Notes under the pieces: model-generated
Databases searched by the model: none
What the model was told of the DNA's origin: nothing
The model's input: only the letters and a program-made list of their open reading frames with translations
Made by a program: the position numbers and the translations under genes
Source of the DNA: a virus
Reading direction: 5' to 3' (one strand)
Virus record (IMG/VR): IMGVR_UViG_3300035105_000276
Coordinates: 1-64,000 of that record
DNA length: 64,000 bases
Shown here: positions 38,390 to 48,637 of the stretch, piece by piece
Numbering within the stretch: position 1 is the first letter of the stretch
How the letters are laid out: each line of letters begins with the position of its first letter

Positions 38390-40298
38390 AATGAATACAA
38401 TCCTGTGCGTATGGCCATACCTGCCGTTCCAGGCACTCCATTCTTTTTGTAGTCGGGCATTTCATGCACACATTTGTGGATTGCATAAAATCCTTAACGT
38501 CCTGTTTTTTCGCAAGCATGGCCAGAATCCCATCTTCTACGGATACCGGATGCACCAGATCTTTCACCAGTGTTTTCCTGTCCTGCCCTATGCGATAGTT
38601 TCTTTCCAAAGACTGCAGCCGGTGGTCCAGATCCAGGCTGTAACTGTAATTAATCATAGATACAGCTGATGTCAGAGTCAGGCCAACCCCGGCGCTTACC
38701 TGGGATAAAAACACCAGATTACTTTTATTATCCTGAAATGCAGATTCGCACTGGGGGGTGTCCGAAGTTACGTATGGGATTTTCGCTTTATCCAGCATAT
38801 CCCCTATCAGAACCAAATCCGGTTTATACATCACCCAGATAATTGCTTTCTCCTGCTGTACAGAGTTCACCCCCAGGTCTGTGAGCAGCTCTTTCAACAG
38901 TTCCAGTTTAGGGTTCTTTTTGAAAAACAGCACCCGCCTGGCAGGTTTCCGCACAGGATGCTCTGGGTTATATTTTTGACACTCTTTGTCCCAGGGGAAT
39001 ACTTCTTTTTCACTGCCATCTTCCGGGAACATGCATTGCAGTAATGCGTCACAGGTATTGCACAGCCGGTAATCCCGTTCATGGCTTAAAATAATGAAAC
39101 CTGACAGAATCTGCCTCAGTTTATTCAGCTTAATGAGCGGCATCCCACATCGAATCTCTCCGTGAGTATCCGGTGATGGCCTTTCCAGGCTTGGCTTCAG
39201 TCCTCCTTTTAACGGCAGCCACACCGTATCATTATCTTTTATCGCATCGTATACATCCCGCTGTTCAGCAGACATTTCGTACTCTTCAATAATAAATGTC
39301 CTTTCAGGAAGATCGATGCACTCGTCCCTGTCTTTAATCAGCATGTATGGATCTATCAGCATTTTGAGATCATCCAGATTTTTATACCCTGTAATCACAT
39401 GCTTGTTGTAGGGTGAAAATTCGCAATACTTTCTACGAAATTCCCAATAATTGGATCCCAGTATTTCGCTGTCCATCACTTTGAATGGTACAAAAATATC
39501 AGTAGGTTTCCCCTTGGACAGAGTACCTGACAGCAGATATCTGTAAAATGCCCCTTCTGCTAGTTCGCATATTATTTTAGACCTTTCTTTATCGTGGCCC
39601 TGAAGCCTGGATGCTTCATCAATAATTACACAATCATATTCCAGTTTGTGGTAAAAATAATAATCCGCTTTTCCTGTTTTTGTGGGCTTGGGCCCCTCAA
39701 AATTTGATACCAGAATATCCCAGTCCTGGTCTTCGCCGTGCAGAACGCTTTCCCGTATTTTTTCCCGCTGTTTGGCAGTACCTCGATACAGAACTGCCTT
39801 CAGATTTGTGAATTTTTTAATCTCTTTCATCCAGGTGTCCATTACAATCACAGGTCCGAACACCAGAGCTCTACGCTTTGTAATGTCCAGGTAATGCACT
39901 GCAATAAATGTTTTACCCAGGCCCATTGCCAGGCCCAGGCCCAGGCGAGGGTAATTCAGCATGAACTCCAGTGCCTGAAGCTGGTGTACATAAGGGGCTA
40001 CGGAAAACGTGTACTCCAGGCCATTCACCGTAGTGAAGTTTTCCAACAGCTCCGGCACAGATTTCAGGTACTGTATCTGGTGCATAGCGGACTCAGCTGC
40101 TTTGCCTTTGGGCAACACTGCTTTGAAATCTTTCAGGCTGGTAACCCCCATAGGATAAGCCCCCAAAAAAGAGTTCACACGGCCGGCTTTAGGGAACGAT
40201 TTGTACTGAATGCGGTGAATTTTCTCCACATTAGGGTTGCGTGATTTAAAATAAAACTCCTGGCTTTTCGGAGAAAAATACAATGTTTCGTTAAGCAT
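38340..40298 (-). CDS. SNF2-family helicase
   Basis: 'MGLGKT', 'IIDEAS', 'LSGT', 'GVGLTL', 'QSLERNYRIGQ'. Confidence 0.92.
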   Translation of the reverse strand: MLNETLYFSPKSQEFYFKSRNPNVEKIHRIQYKSFPKAGRVNSFLGAYPMGVTSLKDFKAVLPKGKAAESAMHQIQYLKSVPELLENFTTVNGLEYTFSVAPYVHQLQALEFMLNYPRLGLGLAMGLGKTFIAVHYLDITKRRALVFGPVIVMDTWMKEIKKFTNLKAVLYRGTAKQREKIRESVLHGEDQDWDILVSNFEGPKPTKTGKADYYFYHKLEYDCVIIDEASRLQGHDKERSKIICELAEGAFYRYLLSGTLSKGKPTDIFVPFKVMDSEILGSNYWEFRRKYCEFSPYNKHVITGYKNLDDLKMLIDPYMLIKDRDECIDLPERTFIIEEYEMSAEQRDVYDAIKDNDTVWLPLKGGLKPSLERPSPDTHGEIRCGMPLIKLNKLRQILSGFIILSHERDYRLCNTCDALLQCMFPEDGSEKEVFPWDKECQKYNPEHPVRKPARRVLFFKKNPKLELLKELLTDLGVNSVQQEKAIIWVMYKPDLVLIGDMLDKAKIPYVTSDTPQCESAFQDNKSNLVFLSQVSAGVGLTLTSAVSMINYSYSLDLDHRLQSLERNYRIGQDRKTLVKDLVHPVSVEDGILAMLAKKQDVKDFMQSTNVCMKCPTTKRMECLERQVWPYAQDCIHYETRLAAEKKEAIKIV

Positions 40299-40403
40299 AC
40301 ATATGCGTCCTTTCGTTTAGTAAAAGTTGATCTTTTGAATACTGGGGGATTTCACCGAAAAGTGAAGACCACTAAACCCGGGTAAAGGGGCTACAAGTAC
40401 CTT

Positions 40404-40432
40404 CTTATACCAAAAAACCCCGGTATTTTTGA
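40404..40432 (-). promoter_or_regulatory. Putative early/middle promoter TCAAAA-N17-TATAAG
   Basis: Same motif at 48787 and 53001 (N18 there), partially at 36241; upstream of the SNF2 gene. Confidence 0.5.
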
Positions 40433-40440
40433 CCTGAGCA

Positions 40441-40479
40441 ACTTAATAAACACCTCGTGATCCACCACTCTTTAATAGA
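40441..40479 (+). promoter_or_regulatory. Putative phage late promoter, copy 4 (ACTTAATA-N16-CCACTCTTTAATAGA)
   Basis: Upstream of the portal/RNAP operon; same spacing as the other copies. Confidence 0.65.
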
Positions 40480-40509
40480 TTTTGAACTTGAACCCCAGGG
40501 AGTGTTGGA

Positions 40510-42204
40510 ATGACAATAGATGGATTTACCGGTGACAGTTTCGGCGCCAGAACCGGTACAAAATACACGCGTCTTTATAACAACCAGTTTTTTGATTACC
40601 TTTCAGAGCAGCTGCCCAAAGATCACAGGGAGATGATGAAATGGTGCGAAGTGGTATACCACAGCTCCCCTGCCCTGGTTAACGGGATTAAGAAGCTAAT
40701 CAGTTACCCCATCACCTCGTTCCAATACGAAACCAAATCAGAGACAGTCCGGGAAGAAACCAAGGATCTTCTGGAAAACAAGCTGAACATGATCAGCCAC
40801 TTGATTCAGACGGGGTTGGACTTTTATGTGTATGGGAATGCCTTCAGGGGTATCTATTACCCGTTTGTCCGTAACCTGGTGTGTAAACACTGCAACCACG
40901 CCACCAATATCAAGTATGCGAAATACACCTTACGCAAGGGTAAATTTGTTCTGGAGGGCTGTGGCCATTGCGGGAGAAAAGGCGTGGCCATTATAAAGGA
41001 CGAATTCAATTTTAACCCCGGCGAAATACGTTTAATTAACTGGGACCCTAAGCAGATACACCTGCTGTCCAACCCTATTACCACAGACACATCATATTAC
41101 TACGACCTCCCGCCCGTGTTAAAGCAGGGGCTGGCCAAGGGCGAAGAAATTATGGCAGCCACCTTGCCCTCCGTATTTATCGATGCGTTCTCTCAAAACA
41201 AGAGGGTACGGTTCAACGATAACTTTTATCATCTGAGAACTGCCAGTGTTGCCGGGTACTCTTCCGGGTGGGGCATCCCGCCTTTGGCCCCTGCTTTGAA
41301 ATTATTTTTGTACAATAGCATTCTGCGTAAAAGCGTGGAAGCCATCAGTATGGAACACATTACCCCCCAGCGTATTTTATACCCTCAGGGCACCTCGTCG
41401 GATCCGACCCTGGTATCTTCTTTGGGGAAATGGCGGGAGCAGGTTCAAAAGGCCATTGAGCGATGGAGAATGGACCCCAACTATGTGATGCTGGCCCCCT
41501 ACCCCACGGGTGTGGCCAACGTCGGCAGCCAGGGCCGGGCCATGATGCCCACGGCTGAGATTAAGCAGGTGGACCAGGACATGCTGCTGGCCCTGGATAT
41601 TCCCATTGAGTTTGTGTACGGAGGCATGAAGCTGGAAACAGGTTCCGTTAGCTTACGCATTCTTGAGAATCAGTTACGGCCTTATGTGAATCAGCTCACC
41701 CGGTATGTGAACTGGATCATTGATAACATCAACGCCAAGTACAATAAAAATTACTGCCATGTGAAGTTCGGGGATTTCACCCTGGCAGACGATATGATGA
41801 AACGCCAGCTGCTTATGCAGATGGCCGGCAACGGAGCCTCTCTGTCCACAGTCCAGGAATCCCTGGGGTTGGATCCGGATGAAGAGATGGAGAAACAGTA
41901 CGAAGATACCGTCAAACAGTACACCCAGCAGAAACGGGTGGAAACAGCTACCCGAAAAATCGACCAGAACATTATGAACCGTGCCACAGAACGGCAGCAG
42001 GCGGATCAGGATGGGACCCTTCCCAGCTATGATCAGCAAAAGCTGGTGGCTGCTGCACAGATGCGTGCCCAGGAGTTGCTGTCTGTGCCTTACGAGGAAC
42101 GCCGCAGTCTGCTGGCTCAGCTGAGCAATGAAGACTATGTGATGTATGCCCTTGTGTCTGCACAGATGGAGAGCATGCGAAATGCTATGGAGAAAATGGA
42201 GTAG
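40510..42204 (+). CDS. Putative portal protein (with Zn ribbon insert)
   Basis: 564 aa; 'DFYVYGNAF', 'GWGIPPL' and 'LALDIP' patterns fit portal folds; coiled-coil Q-rich C-terminus. Confidence 0.6.
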   Translation: MTIDGFTGDSFGARTGTKYTRLYNNQFFDYLSEQLPKDHREMMKWCEVVYHSSPALVNGIKKLISYPITSFQYETKSETVREETKDLLENKLNMISHLIQTGLDFYVYGNAFRGIYYPFVRNLVCKHCNHATNIKYAKYTLRKGKFVLEGCGHCGRKGVAIIKDEFNFNPGEIRLINWDPKQIHLLSNPITTDTSYYYDLPPVLKQGLAKGEEIMAATLPSVFIDAFSQNKRVRFNDNFYHLRTASVAGYSSGWGIPPLAPALKLFLYNSILRKSVEAISMEHITPQRILYPQGTSSDPTLVSSLGKWREQVQKAIERWRMDPNYVMLAPYPTGVANVGSQGRAMMPTAEIKQVDQDMLLALDIPIEFVYGGMKLETGSVSLRILENQLRPYVNQLTRYVNWIIDNINAKYNKNYCHVKFGDFTLADDMMKRQLLMQMAGNGASLSTVQESLGLDPDEEMEKQYEDTVKQYTQQKRVETATRKIDQNIMNRATERQQADQDGTLPSYDQQKLVAAAQMRAQELLSVPYEERRSLLAQLSNEDYVMYALVSAQMESMRNAMEKME

Positions 42205-42213
42205 GAGGAAGTT

Positions 42214-42594
42214 ATGCCAGGTGATTCATTTGTTGATATGATAAATGGGGTTAAAGAGTCTACGGCGGAACCTGCCAGTTTTGGTAACGGCCACGCCCAG
42301 CGCAAAAAAAGTATCAAAGACATCCAGGTGCGATATTTTGTGGCCCATATGGATGATCCCGGGGATCAGGATTTTATTGAGCATTTGTTCACGAAAGCGT
42401 TGCAGTGTGAAAATTCTTTGAATGCCCCAGGCGATGTCTGCATGTTCAAGGAAGAGTCCAACTTTGACAAAACCGGGGCATATACGGTTGTGGTCAAGTA
42501 CGCAGAGTATGTAGACCCCAGTGCAGATCCTTTGGAAGAGCCTGTTCGTGGTAGAAATTCGGACCCTGACTCTGTGGAGGATTTCGATGTCTAA
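42214..42594 (+). CDS. Hypothetical protein
   Basis: ORF with AGGAGG SD inside the operon. Confidence 0.6.
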   Translation: MPGDSFVDMINGVKESTAEPASFGNGHAQRKKSIKDIQVRYFVAHMDDPGDQDFIEHLFTKALQCENSLNAPGDVCMFKEESNFDKTGAYTVVVKYAEYVDPSADPLEEPVRGRNSDPDSVEDFDV

Positions 42595-43159
42595 CCTGTC
42601 CATGAGCGATCTTGAGTCCCAACACTATCTAATGGATCTCAAACTTCCCAAAGTACGGCCTTTGACCATGGATATGACGGGCATAGGGTTCTGGGCCCGA
42701 CTGTGGAAAATGGTGAGGTATAAACGGCTGTGGCTGATGGAGGAGCCTCTGATTTTGTATGTGCCATGGCTTAACCGGACGTTTTTTATCCCAAAAGGGT
42801 ACGTACTTGACTTTGCCTCCATACCCAAATGGTTCTGGCCGATACTGTCCCCTACAGGGTTCATGCTGCTGGGGTCTATCCCACATGATTTCGGATTTCA
42901 GTACGGGGGGTTAATTGAAATAGTGGACGGGCAGATACTGGAATTCAATGAGTGGACCAAGCATGAGTTGGACACCCTGCTGCTTGATATCACAAAGTGT
43001 GTGGCCAGATCCGCTATCCCCGGCAACCTGGCGGGTATTGGACTCTTTGCAGGCAGCTGGGTTCCATGGAAAAAGTACCGGAAACAAGGGCAGGATGTTT
43101 ATGCTGACTACCCCCAATTTTTAACCAGAACAGATACATCGGAAATGATATATGCCTGA
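42587..43159 (+). CDS. DUF1353-family protein
   Basis: 'IPKGYVLDFASIPKWFW..SP...PHDF'. Confidence 0.8.
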   Translation: MSNLSMSDLESQHYLMDLKLPKVRPLTMDMTGIGFWARLWKMVRYKRLWLMEEPLILYVPWLNRTFFIPKGYVLDFASIPKWFWPILSPTGFMLLGSIPHDFGFQYGGLIEIVDGQILEFNEWTKHELDTLLLDITKCVARSAIPGNLAGIGLFAGSWVPWKKYRKQGQDVYADYPQFLTRTDTSEMIYA

Positions 43160-46100
43160 TACACGCCCCATTATTACCCATCCGGAAGAGGTTCGCCAGA
43201 GTATTTTCAATAAGGTTAAAGAAGCCCTGGCTGCTAAATTTCCCATTGAAACAACTCAATTGGTGGTAGATATATCCGACATCGAGGTTGACCACAAAAT
43301 ACTTCCCCATTCAAAACAAAAGAAAATTCGGATGTCCAAGGGTAACGCGTCTTCAGGAGTGTACTGCACCTTGACGGTGAAAGATAAAGAATCCGGGCAG
43401 GTTCTTCACACTTTGAAACGCCACCGGATTATGAATATTCCGTATTATACGGACCGGTACACATTCATTGTGGACGGCAATGAGTATAACCTGGTGAACC
43501 AGCTTCGGACAAAAAGCGGAGTGTACACCCGGAAGCGGGGGAACGAGGAGCTGGAAAGTTCTTTCAACCTGGCCAAGGGTGCCAATTTTAAAATTCTGAT
43601 GGACCCTGATACCGGCATATTCAAGATGAGTATTCTGCACGCAACCCTGCCATTGCTGGCAGTTTTGAAAGTGCTGGGTGCGAACCCGGCCAGCGTGAAG
43701 GAGGCCCTGGGGGAAGAGCTATACTCGAAGAATGCGTCGTTCTCCTCTACACAGTACGGACGTACCGTGGATACCCTGTATACAAAGCTGGTGAAGTATA
43801 AAAACAACCTGGGGGACTCTGCTTCTAAAGATGAGAAAATCAAAGCCATACGGGCTTATTTCGCAGATACCCAGCTGGATCCTGAAACTACCCTGATCAC
43901 CCTGGGGGAGAGCTTCAACCGGGTTCAGGTGCAGACGATTCTTCAGGCGACTAAAAAGATGCTCCAGGTGTTCAACGAAGAAGAGGACGTGGATAACCGG
44001 GACGGCCTGGAGTTCCAAAAGGTGTTCACTCCGGAGGATATTATAAAAGAGGTACTGGAGAAAAGTACCCGGGAAGTGACAAAACTAAAAGAGAAGCTGA
44101 ACTCATTTTCTTTCTCAGGTGGTGCGAAGCCGGGTACTCCGGAAGCAGCCCAGAAGCTTAAAGCCCTGTTCTCCCCCAGCGTATTTACCCGGCCGGTACG
44201 CTCATTTCTGGCCACCAGCTCCATCAGCCGGCTACCGGATCAGATAAACCCCATGGAGATCATGGACGGTGCCTCCATTGTCACCCGCCTGGGCGAAGGG
44301 GCTATCTCTTCTGAGCAGGCAGTGCCTGACGAGACCCGTGCTGTGCAGTATTCCTATATGGGCCTTATTGACCCTGTTATGGCCCCTGAGAGCAGTAAGG
44401 TGGGAATTGATAACCGGTTCGCTGTTAGAGCCTTGAAAGGAAACCAGGATAACGAGCTGTACAAAGAGGTACTGAATTCTAAAACCGGTAAAGTGGAACA
44501 GGTACGGGCCATTGATCTTTATAATAAGAAAGTAGGGTTCCCGGATTCTCCTGGTATGAAAAAAGCAGACACAGACAAAATTTCTGCCGTGTATCAGGGG
44601 CGAATGGTTGAAGTGCCCAGATCTGAACTGGATTTCCAGATCCCAACCCCGCACCATTTGAATGCAGCCGCCACAAACAATATTCCTTTTTTAAATGCAA
44701 ACCAGGCCAACCGTATTTTAATGGCCGCCAAACATCAGTCCCAGGCCCTGCCCCTGGTTGAAAGAGAAACCAGGCTGGTGGAGTCCTCCATGACATCTAC
44801 AGGCAGCCCCAACATTGTAACCCAGCTGGGCGGTTTCCTGGTACCAAAATCCCCAGTGGACGGAGTGGTGTCTAAAATCACCGAAGACTTTATTTACATC
44901 AAAGATGCTGACGGCAAGCAGCATACGGTGGACTATGCCACTCACATGCCCCTGGCCAGCAAAACAGCGCTGCACAATACCATCACGGTTCAGGTGGGGG
45001 ATACAGTTAAAAAAGGCGAGGCTCTGGGGGATAACACCTTTACCAAAAATGGCAAGGCAGCTACCGGGGTAAATCTGAATGTGGCGTACATGCCGTATAA
45101 AGGGTATAACCATGAGGACGGAATTGTAATTTCTGAGAGTGCGGCCAAAAGACTGACATCGATTCATAGCAATACAGTCCAGGTTACTTTGGATAAAACC
45201 ACTATTCTGGATAAGAACAAGTTCAAAGGGGCTTTCCCCACTGAATTTACGACCAAACAACTGAATAAATTGGATGACAAAGGTGTAGTAAAAAAAGGCG
45301 AGGTTCTGGAAGAAGGGGATCCTGTTATTTTATTGCTCAGCGATGCATCTGAGAACAGGGTGAACCAGGTGCTGGGAAAACTACACAAGAGTCTTGTGAC
45401 ACCCTATGATAACATCAGTGAAGCGTACGACGGATCGTACCCCGCCAAGGTGGTGGAGGTTCAGAACTCAGGAAAACATATCACTGTGCTGCTGGAAGTG
45501 AATAAGCCGGCCGGCATCGGGGACAAACTGGGTGGAACTTACGGAAACAAAGGGGTTATTACCCGGATTGAGCCGGATGATAAAATTGTGAAAGATGAAG
45601 ACGGCAACCCGCTGGACCTTATTTTTACCAGTGCGGGGGTTATCGGCCGGATAAATCCATCCCAGACCCTGGAGACCGCCCTGGGCAAAATTGCAAAGAA
45701 AACGGGTAAGCCCTACCAGATAGAAAATTATTCTCATCCGGACTATGTGGATTTTGTCCGAAAAGAAATGAAAAATAATAAGGTACGGGAAACCGATACC
45801 TTGACAGACCCTGAAACTGGTAAGAAGATTCCCGGGATTTTTACGGGGGTGCAGCACATCCAGAAATTTCATAAAACCACGGACACCAACTTTTCAGGGC
45901 GAGGGGTACTGGGTGCCTATGATCAGGACGATGCCCCGGTTGGTTCAGGGATGTCCGGGCCCAAGGCCCTGGGCGGCATGGAGGTGAATGCCCTTCTGGC
46001 ACACAATGCCCGAGCTTTCCTGCGTGAAAGTACCATGCTCCGGGCTTCTAAGAACAATGAGTTCTGGAATAATTTTCAGTATGGCGGGGTGCCCCATTTT

Positions 46101-47567
46101 CCGTCTGAAAAGAAAACTTTCAACAAATTTTTAGCCACGCTGAAGCAGGCCGGCATTAACGTTGAAAAGAAAGGAGATACCTTTGTTGCCAGTCCTCTGA
46201 CAGATAAAGACGTGATGGAAATGAGTGCCGGTGAGGTACAAAACGCTTTGCGTGTGGATGCCAAGACTGTACAGCCTGAAAAAGGTGGGTTGTTTGACCC
46301 TGTGATCACAGGGGGGCTGAAAGGTGAAAGATGGAGCCACATAACCTTGGCAGAGCCTGTGATAAATCCTGTGTTTGAGGACTGTGCATCTGCCCTGCTG
46401 GAAGTGACTAAAAAAGATTTGCAGACCATGTTCGAGGTAAAAGGTGGGGACTACATTAAAGGGGAGTTGAATAAAATTGATGTGGCCAAAGCCCTGGCAG
46501 AGAGTGAGAAAAAACTGAACGACACCCGGGTAAAGGGGGCTGCCCTTGATAAACTGGTGAGAAAGGTGAAGTACCTGCGGGTGTTGAAAGAACGTAATTT
46601 AAAGGCAGGTGATGCGTATGTGCTGTCTGTGGTTCCCGTAACGCCCCCTGTGATGCGCTCTATTTCTGTGAGCAAAACCGGGGATTTGATGCCCAATGAC
46701 AGCAATGAGTTTTACAAGAATCTGATTCTGAACAACCAGGCGTTCAAGGACATAAAAAAAGAACAGGGGTTTGACGATGCCAAACGGGAGAACAGAGCTG
46801 CCCTGCAGCAGAGCGTTAAAGAATTGACTGGGGTAGTGAGTCCCAGCTCTCCCCACCTTAAAAATAGAGGGGCTAAAGGGGCCATACGGTTCATTGCCGG
46901 AGACCAGCCCAAGTACGGGTACTTTCAGCGGAAAGCCATATACTCGAAGATGAACTTGACCGGCCGGGCCACTATTGCTCCGGATGAAACCCTGGAGCTG
47001 GACGAGGTAGGACTGCCGGAAGAGATGGCCTGGGAGATGTACACTCCATTTATTTTGCGGCAGTTGACTCAAAGAGGGTTTACGGCAAAAGAGGCCAAGG
47101 ACGAGGTGGAGAATCGGACAGCCAAGGCCAAGGAAGTGCTGATGAAGGAGCTGGACAAGCGGCCGGTGATTGTGAACCGGGCACCTACTTTGTGGAAGCA
47201 TAGTATGGTGGCTGCTAAGCCGAAGTTGCGGTCGGGTAAGACGTTGATGATGAACACTCTGTGGGAGTCATCGTTGGGCAGTGATTTTGATGGTGACACG
47301 ATGCAGATACACCTGCCTATCACGGACGAGGCCATCCAGGAAAGTAAAAATATGTTTGCTTCCAGTCAGGTTCTCAGTGACAAAAAGCGGGACCAGATTT
47401 TAATGTCACCCTCCCAGGAACCCATTGTCGGGCTTTACGAAGTGACAAAGAATCTTGGTAAGTTCACCGGAGGTGCTGTGAAAAGGTACAAGACCGAAGC
47501 CGAGGCATGGGATGCTTACTACAAAGGAACTTTGAAAATGACAGATACAGTGGAGATTCGAGCATGA
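43152..47567 (+). CDS. Phage multisubunit RNA polymerase: beta fused to the N-terminal half of beta'
   Basis: Beta motifs 'GYNHEDGI', 'GDKLGGTYGNKGVI', 'GRINPSQ', 'LGGMEVNAL'; beta' motifs 'GGLFDP', 'NRAPTL', 'SDFDGD', 'PSQEPIVGLY'. Confidence 0.93.
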   Translation: MPDTRPIITHPEEVRQSIFNKVKEALAAKFPIETTQLVVDISDIEVDHKILPHSKQKKIRMSKGNASSGVYCTLTVKDKESGQVLHTLKRHRIMNIPYYTDRYTFIVDGNEYNLVNQLRTKSGVYTRKRGNEELESSFNLAKGANFKILMDPDTGIFKMSILHATLPLLAVLKVLGANPASVKEALGEELYSKNASFSSTQYGRTVDTLYTKLVKYKNNLGDSASKDEKIKAIRAYFADTQLDPETTLITLGESFNRVQVQTILQATKKMLQVFNEEEDVDNRDGLEFQKVFTPEDIIKEVLEKSTREVTKLKEKLNSFSFSGGAKPGTPEAAQKLKALFSPSVFTRPVRSFLATSSISRLPDQINPMEIMDGASIVTRLGEGAISSEQAVPDETRAVQYSYMGLIDPVMAPESSKVGIDNRFAVRALKGNQDNELYKEVLNSKTGKVEQVRAIDLYNKKVGFPDSPGMKKADTDKISAVYQGRMVEVPRSELDFQIPTPHHLNAAATNNIPFLNANQANRILMAAKHQSQALPLVERETRLVESSMTSTGSPNIVTQLGGFLVPKSPVDGVVSKITEDFIYIKDADGKQHTVDYATHMPLASKTALHNTITVQVGDTVKKGEALGDNTFTKNGKAATGVNLNVAYMPYKGYNHEDGIVISESAAKRLTSIHSNTVQVTLDKTTILDKNKFKGAFPTEFTTKQLNKLDDKGVVKKGEVLEEGDPVILLLSDASENRVNQVLGKLHKSLVTPYDNISEAYDGSYPAKVVEVQNSGKHITVLLEVNKPAGIGDKLGGTYGNKGVITRIEPDDKIVKDEDGNPLDLIFTSAGVIGRINPSQTLETALGKIAKKTGKPYQIENYSHPDYVDFVRKEMKNNKVRETDTLTDPETGKKIPGIFTGVQHIQKFHKTTDTNFSGRGVLGAYDQDDAPVGSGMSGPKALGGMEVNALLAHNARAFLRESTMLRASKNNEFWNNFQYGGVPHFPSEKKTFNKFLATLKQAGINVEKKGDTFVASPLTDKDVMEMSAGEVQNALRVDAKTVQPEKGGLFDPVITGGLKGERWSHITLAEPVINPVFEDCASALLEVTKKDLQTMFEVKGGDYIKGELNKIDVAKALAESEKKLNDTRVKGAALDKLVRKVKYLRVLKERNLKAGDAYVLSVVPVTPPVMRSISVSKTGDLMPNDSNEFYKNLILNNQAFKDIKKEQGFDDAKRENRAALQQSVKELTGVVSPSSPHLKNRGAKGAIRFIAGDQPKYGYFQRKAIYSKMNLTGRATIAPDETLELDEVGLPEEMAWEMYTPFILRQLTQRGFTAKEAKDEVENRTAKAKEVLMKELDKRPVIVNRAPTLWKHSMVAAKPKLRSGKTLMMNTLWESSLGSDFDGDTMQIHLPITDEAIQESKNMFASSQVLSDKKRDQILMSPSQEPIVGLYEVTKNLGKFTGGAVKRYKTEAEAWDAYYKGTLKMTDTVEIRA

Positions 47568-48145
47568 AGCGACCAAATAAAAACCCGGTGCCCCCCATCC
47601 TCGAATGGGTAGTGCTCCTGATGGCACTCACTATTCTCATTACCAACTCCTTCGCTCACGCCGGCGACTACGACAGATCTCGGTTCAAGCACTGGATCGA
47701 TGCAGACAGTGACTGTCAGGATACCCGAGTGGAATGCCTCCTGGAACACACCCTGGCCCCTGCCACCTTTCGCACGGAACGTAAGTGTTACGTTACATCC
47801 GGGATGTGGGAATGCCCCTACACCGGCAAAGTTTTTACAAACCCACGCAGGCTGGACGTGGACCACATTGTACCCTTGCAGCACGCCTGGCTGCACGGAG
47901 CTGCCGGCTGGGATGATGCCACACGTGAAAAGTTCGCCAATGATATGGAAAACCTTTTACCAGTGTATGCTGGTGCAAACAGATCAAAAGGGGCCCGGGG
48001 GCCTGATGAGTGGGTACCACCCTCTTCGAATTTTTTAAAAGATTACGCCGTACTCTGGATTTACGTAAAAGTGAAATACGGCCTTGAATTTACTGACGCT
48101 GAATACACTGCTTTGGGGAGACTGCTGCAGCATGACGATAAGTGA
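47564..48145 (+). CDS. Secreted/membrane-anchored HNH nuclease (DUF1524-like)
   Basis: Hydrophobic N-terminus ending AHA; 'DVDHIVPL', 'FANDMENLL', 'NRSKG', 'PDEWVP'. Confidence 0.85.
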   Translation: MKRPNKNPVPPILEWVVLLMALTILITNSFAHAGDYDRSRFKHWIDADSDCQDTRVECLLEHTLAPATFRTERKCYVTSGMWECPYTGKVFTNPRRLDVDHIVPLQHAWLHGAAGWDDATREKFANDMENLLPVYAGANRSKGARGPDEWVPPSSNFLKDYAVLWIYVKVKYGLEFTDAEYTALGRLLQHDDK

Positions 48146-48635
48146 CATCCTCCCGGGGTGTAAAACCCCGGGCATCCCATTAAGGCTTACGCCTCAACAG
48201 GACACGGTTCCTGCTTCTTTGAGTCAACTTGGACTGATCCATTGAGATCAGAACAGCGGTTGTTCTCTCCACAGGCGTTGATTCGGGCGTAGTCCCGCCC
48301 TATCTTCAATATGTTCTTTGCAGCGTTGATATCCCGGTCATGGAAAGTGCCGCACTCAAGGCAAATCCACTCTCTTTCGGACAGGTTCAAGTCGGATTTA
48401 ATGTAAGTACAACCAGGAGTTGAACACATCACGCCGATACTTGGTTGACCAGACAATATGATACCCGGTATTATACACAACTGTTCGGGCATGAACCAAA
48501 TTATTTTTTATTGCCTTATCCATACATATAGTTTATCAGAATAATAATTATTATGTCAAATTATTATCATTTAGGGTAAACATATAGTGCATTCATCCCG
48601 GGGTTAAAACGCCCGGGGATTCTGCTTGATTGATC
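48142..48635 (-). mobile_element. Internally deleted IS200/IS605-family element (TnpB remnant)
   Basis: Two related subterminal hairpins (cccggggtgtaaaaccccggg; cccggggttaaaacgcccgggg); right end reads ...GAGGATGTCAC on the - strand. Confidence 0.8.
48187..48492 (-). pseudogene. tnpB: C-terminal fragment of TnpB (Zn ribbon + RuvC-III)
   Basis: 'CSTPGC...[25 protein letters not shown]'. Confidence 0.85.
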
Positions 48636-48637
48636 CC

